Source of the DNA: Actinomycetes bacterium
GTDB lineage: Bacteria > Actinomycetota > Actinomycetes > Streptosporangiales > Streptosporangiaceae
Direction of reading: 5' to 3'
Assembly (NCBI GenBank): GCA_025964615.1
Contig: JAOPYM010000057.1
Coordinates: forward strand, 1 to 61,531
DNA length: 61,531 nucleotides
Each line of letters begins with the position of its first letter. Position 1 is the first letter of the stretch. Below, in pieces: positions 25,373 to 36,770 of this stretch. The translations under genes were made by a program, and so were the position numbers. The notes beneath the pieces were generated by a model. It searched no databases and was not told where the DNA came from. It saw only the letters and a program-made list of their open reading frames with translations.

Positions 25373-26506
25373 CTAGCTTCCGCCGCGCTCGCGGCGGGTG
25401 CCCTTCTTGGGCTGGTTGCGGGGACCCTGCTGGACCGTCCGGCGGGCCGCCGGCACCGGCGTCTCGTCCTCGGCGTCGCCATCGTCGATGTCGTCGACGG
25501 TGACGGTGGCCTTGGCCGCCTTGGCCTGCCGCTTGGAACTCGACTCGCGCCGCTGGATGGCCTCCCGCAGCTGCCGCATCTTCGGCTCGCGCTCCTTGAG
25601 GTCCGCGAGGATCGGGGTGGCGATGCAGATGGAGGAGTACGCTCCCGCCAGCATGCCCACGAACAGCACCAGGGCCAGGTCCTTCAGGGTGCCCGCGCCG
25701 AGCAGGCCGGCTCCGATGAACAGCAGCCCGGCCACCGGCAGCAGCGCGATCACCGAGGTGTTGATGGACCGGACCAGGGACTGGTTGACACCGAGGTTCG
25801 CGGCCCCGCTGTAGGTGATCTTCGACGTGGGGCTGAGACCGCGGGCGTTCTCCCTGACCTTGTCGAAGACCACGACCGTGTCGTACAGCGAGTACCCCAG
25901 GATCGTCATCAGGCCGACGACCGAGCTGGGCGTCACCTCGAACTGGACCAGGGAGTACACGCCGATGGTGATCAGGATGTCGTGCGCCAGGGCGATGATC
26001 GCCGCAGCCGCCATCCGCCACTCGAAGGCGATCGACAGGTAGGCGACCACCAGGATGATGAAGATGATCATCCCCTGGAGCGCCTTCTTGGAGATGTCAC
26101 TCCCCCAGCTGGCGCCCACGGTGCTCGGGCTGACATTGTCCGGGCTGCCGAGGTGGAAGCTCTTCGCCACCGAAGTCTGGACCTTCAGCAGGTCGCCCGA
26201 CTGCAGGGCCTCGGTCTGCGCGCGCCAGCCTGCGGTGCCGCTGGTCACGATCGGGTCCTGGTTGACGACCCCCGAGCTCTTGATCGCGTCCCTGACCTGC
26301 TGAGTCGTCGCGTTCGGCGCCTTGAACTGGAAGACCGAGCCGCCCTTGAACTCGATGCCCAGGTTCAGTCCGAGGGTGAGCAGCGACACGATGCTGACCA
26401 CCAGGATCGCCCCGGAGATCGTGTACCAGAGCCGCTGCTTGCCGACGAAGTCGATGGAGACATCGCCCCGGTAGAGCTTGCCACCGATGTTTCCCAGCCG
26501 GGACAT
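25373..26506 (-). CDS. secF: protein translocase subunit SecF
   Basis: 377 aa, polytopic, starts MSRLGNIGGKLYRGDVSIDF. ATGA junction with secD. Confidence 0.94.
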   Translation of the reverse strand: MSRLGNIGGKLYRGDVSIDFVGKQRLWYTISGAILVVSIVSLLTLGLNLGIEFKGGSVFQFKAPNATTQQVRDAIKSSGVVNQDPIVTSGTAGWRAQTEALQSGDLLKVQTSVAKSFHLGSPDNVSPSTVGASWGSDISKKALQGMIIFIILVVAYLSIAFEWRMAAAAIIALAHDILITIGVYSLVQFEVTPSSVVGLMTILGYSLYDTVVVFDKVRENARGLSPTSKITYSGAANLGVNQSLVRSINTSVIALLPVAGLLFIGAGLLGAGTLKDLALVLFVGMLAGAYSSICIATPILADLKEREPKMRQLREAIQRRESSSKRQAKAAKATVTVDDIDDGDAEDETPVPAARRTVQQGPRNQPKKGTRRERGGS

Positions 26507-28269
26507 CAGGCCTCCTTCGTCACCGGTGACACGGTGACCTTCGTCTTCGCGCCGAGCCGGCGCGGGTCGAGACCGGACATCGGATGGCCCTGGCCGAAGA
26601 ACCGGAACCTGGCCAGCCAGCTGATCGTCGGCTTGGTGAACAGGAACACCACGGCCACGTCGATGAGGGTGGTGAGACCCAGCGTGAACGCGAACCCCTT
26701 CACGCTACCGATGGACACCAGGTACAGCACCAGCGCGGCCAGGAAGGACACCGCGTCGGCGACGATGATCGTCCGCCGCGCCCGTTCCCAGCCCCGCTCG
26801 ACCGCGCTGCGCAGGCTCCGGCCCTCACGGACCTCGTCCCGCAATCGTTCGAAGTAGACCACGAACGAGTCCGCGGTGATACCGATCGCGACGATCAGGC
26901 CGGCTATGCCCTCCAGCGAGAGGCGGAAGTTGATGAACTGGCCGAGCAGCACCACGCTGACGTACGTGATGCCCGCCGCGACGGCGAGGCTGGAGATCGC
27001 GACCATGCCGAGGGCCCGGTAGTAGAGCAGGCAGTAGAGCACGACTAGGACAAGCCCGATACCGCCGGCGGTCAGGCCCGCGTTGAGCTGGTCCTGGCCC
27101 AGCGTCGGCGAGACCTGCTCGATGGCGCTCTTCTCGAAGTCCAGCGGCAGCGCGCCGTAGTTGAGCACGTTGGCCAGCTGGGTCGCGTAGTCCTGCGTAA
27201 AGCTGGAGGGCGGACCGTAGATCTGCGCGGTGCCGCCCGCGATGGGCCCGTTGGTGATCGTCGGCGCGGAGACGGTCTGGCCATCAAGGACGATCGCGAC
27301 CTGCTGCTGCGGCGATGTCGGATCCTTCTTGTACGCGTTGTACGCGTCAGTGGTCGCGTCCAGGAACTGCTGGGTGCCCAGGGACTTGAAGGTCATGTTG
27401 ACCTGCCAGCTGGCCTGCCCCGCGGTGGGGTTCGGCGGCATCGCCGACGCCGAGCTGATCTGCTCGCCCTTTACCCGGACCGGTCCGAGGAGGTACTTGC
27501 TCTGGCCGTTCTGGTCACAGGACGCGACCCACTGCTGGGTCTCGTCGTTGGAGCCGAGCAGCTTGCGGTCCTTACCGGTGCAGTTGGCGGTCTCGTACTG
27601 CAGCAGCACGGCCTTCGGCACGGAGGCCAGACCAGTGGGCGCGGGCACGGTGGCCGACGGGCTCGGCGTGGCGGACGCGCTCGGCGTGGCCGATGCCTTG
27701 GCCGCGGACGACGCCGCTGGGCTCGGGGTGGCCGTCGCGGCCAGGGCCTGCGAGAGAACGCGGCCCTTGGGCGACGGGCTCGCCGAACCCGTGACCTTGG
27801 CGCTCGGGGTCGCGGTGCCCTTCGGGGTCGCGGTGCCCGACGGAGTCACCGACGGCGTCGGGCTGGACGTGGCCGCCGGGGTGCCCGCCGACTCGGCGAA
27901 GACCTGCCGGAACTGCAGCTTGGCGGTCGTGCCGACCTGCGCCACCACGGCCGCCTGCCCCTTGCCGGGCACCTGGACGAGGATGATGTTGCTGCCCTGC
28001 TTGGCGACCTCCGCCTCCGAGACGCCCATGCCGTTCACCCGGTTACGGATGATCGAGACGGCCTGGTTCATCTGGTCGGACGTCGGTGCCTTGCCACCCT
28101 TCCCGGCCTTCGCCGTGAGAGTGACCGAGGTGCCGCCTTGGAGATCAAGGGCAAGCTTGGGCGTCGTCTGCCCGTTGAGGAACATCAGGCCGGTCAGGGC
28201 GGCCATGACGGCGAGCAGGGCGAGGAGCGCCCGCCCGGGCTTGGGTATGGTGCTGCGCGGCGGAGCCAC
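26506..28269 (-). CDS. secD: protein translocase subunit SecD
   Basis: 587 aa, polytopic. Periplasmic domain carries a Ser/Thr/Pro/Ala-rich insert. Confidence 0.94.
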   Translation of the reverse strand: MAPPRSTIPKPGRALLALLAVMAALTGLMFLNGQTTPKLALDLQGGTSVTLTAKAGKGGKAPTSDQMNQAVSIIRNRVNGMGVSEAEVAKQGSNIILVQVPGKGQAAVVAQVGTTAKLQFRQVFAESAGTPAATSSPTPSVTPSGTATPKGTATPSAKVTGSASPSPKGRVLSQALAATATPSPAASSAAKASATPSASATPSPSATVPAPTGLASVPKAVLLQYETANCTGKDRKLLGSNDETQQWVASCDQNGQSKYLLGPVRVKGEQISSASAMPPNPTAGQASWQVNMTFKSLGTQQFLDATTDAYNAYKKDPTSPQQQVAIVLDGQTVSAPTITNGPIAGGTAQIYGPPSSFTQDYATQLANVLNYGALPLDFEKSAIEQVSPTLGQDQLNAGLTAGGIGLVLVVLYCLLYYRALGMVAISSLAVAAGITYVSVVLLGQFINFRLSLEGIAGLIVAIGITADSFVVYFERLRDEVREGRSLRSAVERGWERARRTIIVADAVSFLAALVLYLVSIGSVKGFAFTLGLTTLIDVAVVFLFTKPTISWLARFRFFGQGHPMSGLDPRRLGAKTKVTVSPVTKEA

Positions 28270-28311
28270 TGGTCGTCAACTTCCCGTCTGAACTGGTAGC
28301 CGGGCTCGGCC

Positions 28312-28764
28312 TCAGGCCGAGGGCTTCTCCCCGGCCTTGTCGGTGGGCTTCGCGGTGGGCTTGGCGACCTCGGGCTTGGCGGCCTCGGTCTCGGTGGCCT
28401 CTTCGGCCTCCTCGTCCTCGGTCTCGTCGTCCTCGGTCTCCTCTTCGTCCTCCACGTCGTCCTCGATCACTTTCATGATCGCCTGCGAGACGAACTGCGC
28501 CTCGACGCCGGGAGCGATCTCCAGGATCACCCCGTCGTCGTTGACCTCGACGACGGTCGCGAACATCCCGTTCGTGGTCATTACCCGGGTACCGGGCTCG
28601 ATCTCCTTCTGCATCTGCAGTTGCGCACGCTGTTTGGCCTTCTGGGGCCGGATCATGAGGAAGTAGAAGGCCCCGAAGATGAGGACCATGATCATTGGCA
28701 GGAAGAGCGGGTTTCCCCCGCTCTTCGCAGCTGCCGCCGCGAGAATGTACTCGTTGCCCTGCAC
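28312..28764 (-). CDS. yajC: preprotein translocase subunit YajC
   Basis: GTG 28764 preceded by GGAAGGA. YajC core LFLPMIMVLIFGAFYFLMIRPQKAKQ and an acidic tail. The rest of the 479-aa track ORF is run-through. Confidence 0.85.
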   Translation of the reverse strand: MQGNEYILAAAAAKSGGNPLFLPMIMVLIFGAFYFLMIRPQKAKQRAQLQMQKEIEPGTRVMTTNGMFATVVEVNDDGVILEIAPGVEAQFVSQAIMKVIEDDVEDEEETEDDETEDEEAEEATETEAAKPEVAKPTAKPTDKAGEKPSA

Positions 28765-28978
28765 TGGGCATCCTTCCGATGTATTCGATCCGGCCGATGC
28801 CGGTTGTTCCGCCACGCGCGCAGCGGTTGGCTGCAGGCCGTGAGCGAGTCCGTGACTGCTTTGCCGGCATCTGCTCCGCTCGCGCGGTAGCTGGGCCGCG
28901 CCAACGGAGTTTAGGGGACGACCCGAAACACCGGCAACGACGTGACGACCCAGCGTGCCGGGAAGTTCCCACCGTGAC

Positions 28979-30076
28979 CTACTCGGGATCCTCCACGGGA
29001 ACTTCGAACAGCGTACCGGCCAGCGGGGACGGAAGTGGCGCCGTGAGTCCCAGGTGTTCCCAGGCCGCGGCGGTGGCGATCCGCCCGCGTGGGGTGCGGG
29101 CCAGCAGCCCCTGCCGGACCAGGAACGGTTCGGCCACCACCTCGACGGTCTCTGGTTCCTCCCCCACCGACACGGCCAGCGTGGACAGGCCGACGGGCCC
29201 GCCGCCGAACTTGCGCAGCAGGGCGCCGAGCACGGCCCTGTCCAGCCGGTCGAGGCCTCGCTCGTCGACCTCGTAGAGGGCAAGTGCCGCCCTGGCCAGG
29301 TCGAGTGTGACCATCCCGTCGGCGCGCACCTCGGCGTAGTCCCTGACCCTGCGCAGCAGCCGGTTGGCGATCCGGGGGGTGCCCCGGGACCGGTAGGCGA
29401 TCTCGATGGCGGCGTCGTCCTGGATGCCGACGTGCAGCAGGCCCGCGGACCGCCGGACGATGATCTCCAGCTCGGCAGGTTCGTAGAAGTCCATGTGCGC
29501 GGTGAACCCGAACCGGTCCCGGAGCGGCCCGGGGAGCATTCCGGCCCTGGTGGTGGCGCCGACCAGGGTGAACGGGGAGATCTCCAGCGGGATCGCGGTG
29601 GCTCCGGGGCCCTTGCCGACCACCACGTCGACCCGGAAGTCCTCCATCGCCACGTAGAGCATCTCCTCGGCCGGCCGGGCCATCCGGTGGATCTCGTCGA
29701 TGAACAGCACCTCACCCTCAGACAGGGTGGACAGCACCGCGGCGAGGTCACCGGCCCGCTCGATGGCGGGCCCTGAGGTGATCCGCAGCGGCTGGCCGAG
29801 CTCCGCCGAGATGATCATTGCCATGGTCGTCTTGCCCAGGCCGGGGCCGCCCGCGAGCAGGACGTGATCCGGTGGCCGCCTGCGGCGCAGGGCGCTCTGC
29901 AGCACCAGGGACAGCTGTTCGCGGACCCGCTCCTGGCCGATGAAGTCGTCGAGTCGCTTGGGCCGCAGCGCCGCGTCGATGGCCTGGTCGTCGATGTCCG
30001 GCGCCGGCGAGACCAGCCGCTGGGAGTCCAGGCGCTCGAACTCGGCGGCCTCGTTGCGCTCGAAGGGAGAGCTCAT
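28979..30076 (-). CDS. ruvB: Holliday junction branch-migration ATPase RuvB
   Basis: Walker [13 protein letters not shown], 365 aa. Confidence 0.97.
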   Translation of the reverse strand: MSSPFERNEAAEFERLDSQRLVSPAPDIDDQAIDAALRPKRLDDFIGQERVREQLSLVLQSALRRRRPPDHVLLAGGPGLGKTTMAMIISAELGQPLRITSGPAIERAGDLAAVLSTLSEGEVLFIDEIHRMARPAEEMLYVAMEDFRVDVVVGKGPGATAIPLEISPFTLVGATTRAGMLPGPLRDRFGFTAHMDFYEPAELEIIVRRSAGLLHVGIQDDAAIEIAYRSRGTPRIANRLLRRVRDYAEVRADGMVTLDLARAALALYEVDERGLDRLDRAVLGALLRKFGGGPVGLSTLAVSVGEEPETVEVVAEPFLVRQGLLARTPRGRIATAAAWEHLGLTAPLPSPLAGTLFEVPVEDPE

Positions 30077-30675
30077 CGGCTCATCTTCTTGAGGGCGGCC
30101 TTGAGCAGCGTGGCGACCGGCGGGACCTCGATGGTGCCGTCCAGGTCGGCGGCGACCGCGTCCACGGCCGCGTCGGCGTCCCTGGCCGGCCAGCCGAGAT
30201 TGATCAACCCGGCCTGCACCTGCTCCCGCCAGGCGGCCCCGCGCACGGGGACCCGCACATGCGTGCCGCCGACGGGGGCGCCGATCCGGTCCTTGAGCTC
30301 CAGGACGATCCGCTGGGCGCCCTTGGCCCCGATGCCAGGGACCCGGGTCAGAGTCTTGAAGTCGTCGGTCGCGATGGCCATCCGCAGCGCGTCGGGGGTG
30401 AGCGTGGCCAGCATCGCGAGCGCGACCTTCGGCCCGACGCCGCTGGCGGTCTGCAGCAGGTCGAAGACGGTGCGCTCATCCTCGTCGGCGAAGCCGTACA
30501 GGGTCAGCGAGTCCTCTCGCACGATCAGCGAGGTCGGCACGTGCGCCGGGCCGCCGACCCGCAGCGTGGCGAGGGTCGCCGGGGTGCACTGCACCGACAG
30601 GCCGATCCCGCCGACGTCCACGACGGCCCCGTCGAGCCCGGCCGAGGCCACCTTGCCGCTGACGAATGCGATCAC
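30073..30675 (-). CDS. ruvA: Holliday junction DNA helicase subunit RuvA
   Basis: Likely GTG start at 30675 (VIAFVSGKV...), forming a GTGA overlap with the ruvC stop. The upstream part of the track ORF is Arg-rich run-through. Confidence 0.9.
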   Translation of the reverse strand: MIAFVSGKVASAGLDGAVVDVGGIGLSVQCTPATLATLRVGGPAHVPTSLIVREDSLTLYGFADEDERTVFDLLQTASGVGPKVALAMLATLTPDALRMAIATDDFKTLTRVPGIGAKGAQRIVLELKDRIGAPVGGTHVRVPVRGAAWREQVQAGLINLGWPARDADAAVDAVAADLDGTIEVPPVATLLKAALKKMSR

Positions 30676-31217
30676 TGTCCGACTCCCTTTCGCAGAATCC
30701 TGGGCGCGGGCACGGCGGCCCGGGCGGCGGCCAGCCGCGCCTGCGCGCCGCCCCGCCACACGTGGCAGATGGCCAGGGCGAGCGCGTCGGCGGCATCGGC
30801 CGGCTTGGGCACCGTCTCGAGGCGGAGCAGCCGGGTCACCATCATCGTCACCTGGGCCTTGTCCGCGCGGCCGTTCCCGGTGACCGCGGCCTTGGCCTCA
30901 CTGGGGGTGTGCAGCGCCACAGGCAGTCCCCGCCGGGCCCCGCACAAGATCGCCACCGCACCCGCCTGCGCGGTGCCCATGACCGTGCGGACGTTGTGCT
31001 GGGCGAAGACCCGCTCCACGGCGACGGCCTCGGGCCGGAAGGCGTCGAGGATCTCCTCCAGGCCCCGTTCGAGCGCGGCGAGGCGGATGCCGATGTCGTC
31101 GTCGGGGCTGGTCCGGATCACTCCGACGTGCACGAGCGTGAGGGGCTTTCCGGGCGCGCCGTCCACCACGCCCACCCCGCATCGGGTGAGACCGGGGTCC
31201 ACTCCCAGCACGCGCAA
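30672..31217 (-). CDS. ruvC: crossover junction endodeoxyribonuclease RuvC
   Basis: [20 protein letters not shown], 181 aa. Confidence 0.96.
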   Translation of the reverse strand: MRVLGVDPGLTRCGVGVVDGAPGKPLTLVHVGVIRTSPDDDIGIRLAALERGLEEILDAFRPEAVAVERVFAQHNVRTVMGTAQAGAVAILCGARRGLPVALHTPSEAKAAVTGNGRADKAQVTMMVTRLLRLETVPKPADAADALALAICHVWRGGAQARLAAARAAVPAPRILRKGVGQ

Positions 31218-31297
31218 AACCGACCCCTTCGATCACCTGTTCGGCATGAGGCTACCGACTCGGTATGACATCCTCCCGCACGGGCGGGTGTGTGTCG

Positions 31298-32446
31298 TCA
31301 GAAGTGGTCGAGGGCGTACGGGGTGGTGGCGAACACGGCGTCGAGGCCGGGGGCCTGTCCCGCGATCAACCCCACCCGCCGGAGAGTGCCCGAGGGGATC
31401 CCCGCGTAGAGGGCCGCGAGACCGTTCGCACCGAGCCGTACCGCCCGTACATCCGCGGGAGCGGGCGCCAGGACACCGGTGCCGCCGGCCACCGACAGCA
31501 GCCAGGAGCCGGAGTTGCCCGGTCGCTGCGGATCTTCGACCGACAGCGGGATCTCCGCGCAGACCCCGGCAGGGAAACCCCGGGCCGCGATCGCGGCCCG
31601 GGCGTCGACCAGCCGGAACATCCACCGCATCCGGCGTACCTCATCAGCGAACCGCTCCTTGAGCAGCCACAGCGCCGGGTCGTGCGGCGCGACGGACGCG
31701 CGGATCGTCCTGGCGATCGAGGAACCCGACCCGACGATCCCCCAGAGCCCGCGCTGCGTCTCCTCGGAGCCGGCCACCAGGATGTCCACCTCCACGGACT
31801 TGTTGCCGTCCGCCCAGCGGTAGCAGAGGAATCCGTCATCTGCCAGGTAGTAGTAGGCCTCAGGATCGGCGAGCCGCACCCGCCAGGTCGCCTCGTTCCA
31901 GTCGACCGGACCGCAGTCGCCGGTCGCCGCGTGCACGCTGCTGATGACCGCCCGGACCTCGGCGGCGTCATCCGGCACCGCCCTGCGGACCTTGATCGCT
32001 GCGGCCGCGACGGTGCGGAGCGCCTCGCTGGGCAGGGTGACGAGTTCCAGGGCGCCCGCGTGCTCCCAGCCCAGACTCCGGTAGATCGGGGTGGTCGCGG
32101 GGTAGAGCACCGAGACCGTGTGGCCGAGTTCCGCGCAGCGCTCCAGGACCGCGGTCATGATCTTGCGGCCGGCGCCCCGGCCGCGTTCCTCGGGGGCGAC
32201 GGTGACCGTGCTGATGCCGCCCATCGAGACCCTGCGGCCGTGCCACCACTGGCCGAAGTCGATGATCCGTGCGGTGGCGATCAGCCGGGGTCCGTCGAAG
32301 CCGCCCAGGAACCGCCCGTTGCCCAGAGTGGTACCGGTCAGGGCGGCCCAATGGTCCCAGTCGCCGTCGGGCTTGCGGCCGAACGCCCGGGTCCGGATGT
32401 CCCTGATCGCGTCCAGGTCGTCGGTGCCCAGCGCTCTGATCTCCAT
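31298..32446 (-). CDS. GNAT N-acetyltransferase, Eis-like architecture (GNAT plus sterol-carrier-like C-terminus)
   Basis: 382 aa. GNAT core RGRGAGRKIMTAVLERC, with length and layout like Eis-family enzymes. Confidence 0.75.
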   Translation of the reverse strand: MEIRALGTDDLDAIRDIRTRAFGRKPDGDWDHWAALTGTTLGNGRFLGGFDGPRLIATARIIDFGQWWHGRRVSMGGISTVTVAPEERGRGAGRKIMTAVLERCAELGHTVSVLYPATTPIYRSLGWEHAGALELVTLPSEALRTVAAAAIKVRRAVPDDAAEVRAVISSVHAATGDCGPVDWNEATWRVRLADPEAYYYLADDGFLCYRWADGNKSVEVDILVAGSEETQRGLWGIVGSGSSIARTIRASVAPHDPALWLLKERFADEVRRMRWMFRLVDARAAIAARGFPAGVCAEIPLSVEDPQRPGNSGSWLLSVAGGTGVLAPAPADVRAVRLGANGLAALYAGIPSGTLRRVGLIAGQAPGLDAVFATTPYALDHF

Positions 32447-32509
32447 GGTCCGACCGTAGGGCCGCTACCGGCCGGGCGCGAATCGATCGCACGCCCAGCC
32501 GGTCCCGCA

Positions 32510-33259
32510 CTACTCGATGTTGGCGAGGACCTCGTCGGAGACGTCGAAGTTGGCGTAGACGTCCTGGACGTCGTCGGAGTCCTCCAGCGCCTCCATGAGG
32601 CGGAAGACCTTCCTGGCGCTGTCCTCGTCCAGCGGCACGGTGACGCTCGGCAGCCAGCTGGAGTCGGCGGAGTCGTAGTCGATACCGGCCTCCTGCAGCG
32701 CCTTGCGGACCGGGATCATGTCACCGGCCTCGCTGATCACCTCGTAGGAGTCCCCGAGGTCGTTGACCTCCTCGGCGCCCACCTCGAGCACCGCCATCAT
32801 GACGTCGTCCTCGGTGGTGCCCTGCTTGGGCACGATGACGACGCCCTTGCGGGTGAACAGGTACGAGACGGAGCCCGGGTCGGCCATGTTCCCGCCGTTG
32901 CGGGTCATCGCGGTACGGACCTCGGACGCGGCGCGGTTGCGGTTGTCGGTGAGGCACTCGATCAGGACGGCGACGCCACTGGGGCCGTAGCCCTCGTAGG
33001 TGATGTTCTGCCAGTCGGCGCCGCCGGCCTCCTCGCCGCCGCCGCGCTTGCGGGCGCGCTCGATGTTCTCGTTGGGGACCGAGCTCTTCTTGGCCTTCTG
33101 GATCGCGTCGAAGAGTGTCGGGTTGCCGTCCGGGTCCCCACCGCCGGTCCGGGCCGCCACCTCAATGTTCTTGATCAGCTTGGCGAAGAGCTTGCCGCGC
33201 CTGGCGTCGACGACAGCCTTCTTGTGCTTGGTGGTCGCCCATTTGGAATGGCCGGACAT
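32510..33259 (-). CDS. yebC: YebC/PmpR-family transcriptional regulator
   Basis: [28 protein letters not shown]. Confidence 0.95.
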   Translation of the reverse strand: MSGHSKWATTKHKKAVVDARRGKLFAKLIKNIEVAARTGGGDPDGNPTLFDAIQKAKKSSVPNENIERARKRGGGEEAGGADWQNITYEGYGPSGVAVLIECLTDNRNRAASEVRTAMTRNGGNMADPGSVSYLFTRKGVVIVPKQGTTEDDVMMAVLEVGAEEVNDLGDSYEVISEAGDMIPVRKALQEAGIDYDSADSSWLPSVTVPLDEDSARKVFRLMEALEDSDDVQDVYANFDVSDEVLANIE

Positions 33260-33262
33260 GCG

Positions 33263-33865
33263 CTACGCCTCCTCATCGATGGAACGACGCACCAGATCGA
33301 CGAAGTACCGGTGCACGCGAGAGTCGCCCGTCAGTTCCGGATGAAAGGCCGTCGCCATGACACGCCCCTGACGGACTGCGACGATCCTACCGGCGGCGTC
33401 CCCGGTCTCGACGCGTCCCAGGACCTCGACGCCTTCACCGATCGACTCGACCCAGGGGGCCCTGATGAAAACGGCGTCGTACGGAGCACCGTCCATGACC
33501 ACCCGGCCCTCGAACGAGTCGACCTGCCGGCCGAAGGCGTTGCGCCGGACGCTCATGTCGATGCCGCCGATGGTCTCCTGGCCCTCGATCCCGTCGAGCA
33601 CCCGATCGGCCAGCATGATCATGCCCGCGCACGAGCCGTACGCCGGCATGCCCGCCTCGATGCGCTTGCGCAGCGGGTCGAGCAGGTCGAAGGTCCGCGC
33701 CAGCTTCCACATCGTGGTGGACTCGCCGCCCGGGATCACCAGGGCCTCCACCTGCTCGAGCTCCTCGGGGCGGCGGACGGACAGGGTGGGGACACCACAG
33801 GCCGCAAGGGCGTGGAGATGCTCGCGGACGTCGCCCTGCAGGGCGAGAACACCGATCGTGGGCAC
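33263..33865 (-). CDS. pdxT: pyridoxal 5'-phosphate synthase glutaminase subunit PdxT
   Basis: [20 protein letters not shown] and the Cys nucleophile GSCAGMIML. Probable GTG start at 33865 after GAAAGG (the track ORF begins at TTG 33898). Confidence 0.92.
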   Translation of the reverse strand: MPTIGVLALQGDVREHLHALAACGVPTLSVRRPEELEQVEALVIPGGESTTMWKLARTFDLLDPLRKRIEAGMPAYGSCAGMIMLADRVLDGIEGQETIGGIDMSVRRNAFGRQVDSFEGRVVMDGAPYDAVFIRAPWVESIGEGVEVLGRVETGDAAGRIVAVRQGRVMATAFHPELTGDSRVHRYFVDLVRRSIDEEA

Positions 33866-33927
33866 AACGGGCCTTTCTAGGAGTATTTGAGGATACAACG
33901 CCCACGACCGCTCGGGGTCTTCCCGGA

Positions 33928-34548
33928 TCAGCTCAGCCGGAAGCGGCGCAGCGGCAGTTCCAGGGGCAGGAAACCGTCGTCGCCCCGATCGGCGATGCCC
34001 CGGCCGAACATGCAGGTCTGGGCGAGTTCGAGGCCGAACTCCTGGGGGTCGAACGGGAGCGGCACATCCGGCACGCCCGCGTCGATCTCCTTCCAGAACG
34101 GCTCCTCGGCGGGCAGCCGTTCCCCCTGGTCGACGACCACTCCGTCCTCGGCGGTCACGAAGATGTCCCGTAGCAGCCGCCCGCGTTCGTACCAGCGGAA
34201 CCAGCAGCCGTCGACGACGCCGGGCAGCACCAGAACCCCGCAGGTCGCGTCGGGCAGTACGGTCGCGACCGTGTCCGCGACCCGCCTGGCGTCATCGTCG
34301 AGGCAGAACAGCCGCCGATCGCAGACGACCAGCGCGTCGTCATAGGAGCCGACGAACAACTCGTCGTCGTAAGGCCACAGGGCGAAGTCCAGCGTGGTCC
34401 CACCCGTCTCGACCAGGGTCGCCGCAGGATAGAGCCTGTGGGCCAGCCCGGCGGCGGCCTCCGCATCCGAACTCAGTCCCGGCCGGAAGACCCGGCCGGG
34501 CTCTCCGACGCTCGCGCAGGCGAGCGCCACCGACCAGCCCTTGGGCAT
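33928..34548 (-). CDS. hypothetical protein (about 206 aa) inserted between pdxS and pdxT
   Basis: ATG 34548 preceded by GGAGGGGA. Coding-like composition. I recognise no motif. Confidence 0.6.
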   Translation of the reverse strand: MPKGWSVALACASVGEPGRVFRPGLSSDAEAAAGLAHRLYPAATLVETGGTTLDFALWPYDDELFVGSYDDALVVCDRRLFCLDDDARRVADTVATVLPDATCGVLVLPGVVDGCWFRWYERGRLLRDIFVTAEDGVVVDQGERLPAEEPFWKEIDAGVPDVPLPFDPQEFGLELAQTCMFGRGIADRGDDGFLPLELPLRRFRLS

Positions 34549-34668
34549 GTACGTCCCCTCCACCGGCCGACCGAACGGGCGCCCGTCCCCGCACTCTGAC
34601 GACCGCCGCCAGCGTAACCCGCCCCGCACGCCCTGTGGAGGGGCGACATGCTTTTGAAAACCGGACTG

Positions 34669-35580
34669 TTACCAGCCGCGCCCGGCGTAGCGCTCGGACT
34701 CCGCCAGGCCGGCGACGTTGATGCCGACCATGGCCTCGCCCAGACCCCGGGAGACCTTGGCGATGACGTCGGGGTCGTCGTGGAAGGTGGTGGCCTTGAC
34801 GATCGCCTCAGCGCGCTGTGCGGGGTTGCCGGACTTGAAGATGCCGGAGCCGACGAAGACGCCCTCGGCACCGAGCTGCATCATCATGGCGGCGTCCGCG
34901 GGGGTGGCGATGCCGCCCGCGGTGAACAGCACGACCGGCAGCTTTCCGGTCTGCGCGATCTCCTTGACCAGCTCGTACGGGGCCTGGAGCTCCTTGGCCG
35001 CGACGAACAGCTCGTCGGCCGACAGCGAGCTCAGCCGCCTGATCTCGCCGAGCAGCTGACGCATGTGGGTGGTGGCGTTGGACACATCGCCGGTGCCGGC
35101 CTCGCCCTTGGAGCGGATCATGGCCGCGCCCTCGGTGATGCGGCGCAGCGCCTCACCGAGGTTGGTCGCGCCACAGACGAAGGGCACCGTGAACGCCCAC
35201 TTGTCGATGTGGTTGACGTAGTCGGCGGGGGTCAGCACCTCGGATTCGTCGATGTAGTCGACGCCGAGCGACTGCAGCACCTGGGCCTCGACGAAGTGGC
35301 CGATTCTGGCCTTGGCCATGACCGGGATGGAGACGGCCTCGATGATGCTGTCGATCATGTCGGGGTCGCTCATCCGGGAGACGCCGCCCTCGGCGCGGAT
35401 GTCGGCCGGGACGCGTTCGAGCGCCATGACCGCGACGGCCCCGGCGTCCTCTGCGATCTTGGCCTGGTCGGCGGTCACGACGTCCATGATCACGCCGCCC
35501 TTGAGCATCTCCGCCATGCCCCGCTTGACCCGGGCGGTGCCGGTCGAGGGGACGGTGCTGTCGGAACTGGAAGAGGACAC
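34669..35580 (-). CDS. pdxS: pyridoxal 5'-phosphate synthase lyase subunit PdxS
   Basis: [11 protein letters not shown] and [15 protein letters not shown] motifs, 303 aa. Confidence 0.97.
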   Translation of the reverse strand: MSSSSSDSTVPSTGTARVKRGMAEMLKGGVIMDVVTADQAKIAEDAGAVAVMALERVPADIRAEGGVSRMSDPDMIDSIIEAVSIPVMAKARIGHFVEAQVLQSLGVDYIDESEVLTPADYVNHIDKWAFTVPFVCGATNLGEALRRITEGAAMIRSKGEAGTGDVSNATTHMRQLLGEIRRLSSLSADELFVAAKELQAPYELVKEIAQTGKLPVVLFTAGGIATPADAAMMMQLGAEGVFVGSGIFKSGNPAQRAEAIVKATTFHDDPDVIAKVSRGLGEAMVGINVAGLAESERYAGRGW

Positions 35581-35683
35581 GGGTGACTACCTCACGTGAG
35601 CGGACGACTATGTCCCCTCCATGATATTGCCTGCTCCCGGCTTGTCCCGACCTGCCACCTTGTCAGACATCGAGCCGTGGATG

Positions 35684-36736
35684 CTACGGAATGTAGGGCT
35701 TGCCGGCGTTGACGAGGACGACCCAGACCTGCCCCTTGGCAAAGGTCATGGGCTGACCGCCGGTGGTGGTGAACGTCGTTCCCCGGTCCTCGGAGGGCCG
35801 CGACCAGGTCGTGTCGTAGGCCTTTCCGTCCCGCAGCACCAGTGCCCGCCCGGTGCCGGTGCTCTGGATGAGCGGCGTGTAGCTGCCGAGGAAATCGTGG
35901 AACTGGGACCGGACGATCTTGGCGTACTGGATCACGATCGTCTGCCCGCCGAGCTGGCCGCCCTCGGCCGCCTGATCGGGGGTCCCGTTGTGCCAGGCCA
36001 GGTAGCGCTTGTCCGTTGCGGACCAGGCGAACTTCATTTTCTCAGCCGGCCACGTCGCGGTGACGCTCGCCAGCGGGCGGCCGCCGGCCGGGGCGGGCCC
36101 GAACCGGAAGCCGATGTCGCGCGGCGCGGTGGCCTGCGGGGCCTTCTTGAGGAGCCGGTGCGGGTCGACGAAGAGGTTGTACGGCGCCGGCCGCCCGTTG
36201 TCCCTGACGTAGAGCCCGCCGGACCCGTCATCGGGCACCGGGAAGAGCGGCGCGCGGCGGATGTAGGGCTTCATCTTGCCCTGCACGCCGGAGAAGCCGA
36301 ACGCCGGCTTGCCGTACTGCTTGAGCAGGTGCAGGTCGGAGATCCGGGCGCTGCGGACCGGCCCGATCTTGGCGGGCAGCTGGGAGGAGAAGATCGCCAT
36401 GACGCGGGTCTCACCGCCCTCGACCTGCTCGACATAGACGACGTCCGCTGAGCGGAGCCCGGCCTGGGGGTGGGCGGGCGCGGTGTTGTCGATCTTGATG
36501 GCGAGGACCGGGTTCGTCAGCCCTGTGGCGCCACCGGTGAAGGGCTGGTAGCCGAGCGCAGTGGGTGTCGGCGTGGGAGTCGGTGTCGCCGACTTCGACA
36601 CCACCGGGGGTGCCACAGCCTTCTTCGAGGACCCGCCCCCGCAGGCGGCCACCGCTCCCCCGACTATCAGGACCCCTGCCAGAGCGGTCACACGCCGCGA
36701 CCCAGAACCCACAATCGACCCTTTCGCCGGAATCAA
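35684..36736 (-). CDS. DUF3048-family lipoprotein
   Basis: Lipobox-like VAACGGGS. PFTGG...PVLAIKIDNTAPAHPQAGLRSADVVYVEQVEGGETRVMAIFSS matches my recollection of the DUF3048 pattern. Confidence 0.75.
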   Translation of the reverse strand: MIPAKGSIVGSGSRRVTALAGVLIVGGAVAACGGGSSKKAVAPPVVSKSATPTPTPTPTALGYQPFTGGATGLTNPVLAIKIDNTAPAHPQAGLRSADVVYVEQVEGGETRVMAIFSSQLPAKIGPVRSARISDLHLLKQYGKPAFGFSGVQGKMKPYIRRAPLFPVPDDGSGGLYVRDNGRPAPYNLFVDPHRLLKKAPQATAPRDIGFRFGPAPAGGRPLASVTATWPAEKMKFAWSATDKRYLAWHNGTPDQAAEGGQLGGQTIVIQYAKIVRSQFHDFLGSYTPLIQSTGTGRALVLRDGKAYDTTWSRPSEDRGTTFTTTGGQPMTFAKGQVWVVLVNAGKPYIP

Positions 36737-36770
36737 CCGACCTTAGCCGACTTGAGGACAGCAGAAGGTT

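Noticed and set aside
27634-27888. Ser/Thr/Pro/Ala-rich ~85-aa low-complexity insert in SecD
   Set aside because: It looks like a flexible linker in the periplasmic domain. From memory, actinobacterial Sec and envelope proteins often carry such inserts, and the frame stays intact. I treat it as ordinary.
28312-29751. 479-aa ORF suggesting a large protein ending in YajC
   Set aside because: Only the last ~150 codons resemble YajC, and they have their own SD and GTG. The upstream part overlaps ruvB in another frame and is Arg/Pro/Trp-rich run-through.
31265-33880. 871-aa plus-strand ORF
   Set aside because: It is antisense to the GNAT, yebC and pdxT genes, which carry unmistakable family motifs. 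Its composition is Arg/Gly/Asp/Pro-rich with no recognisable domain.
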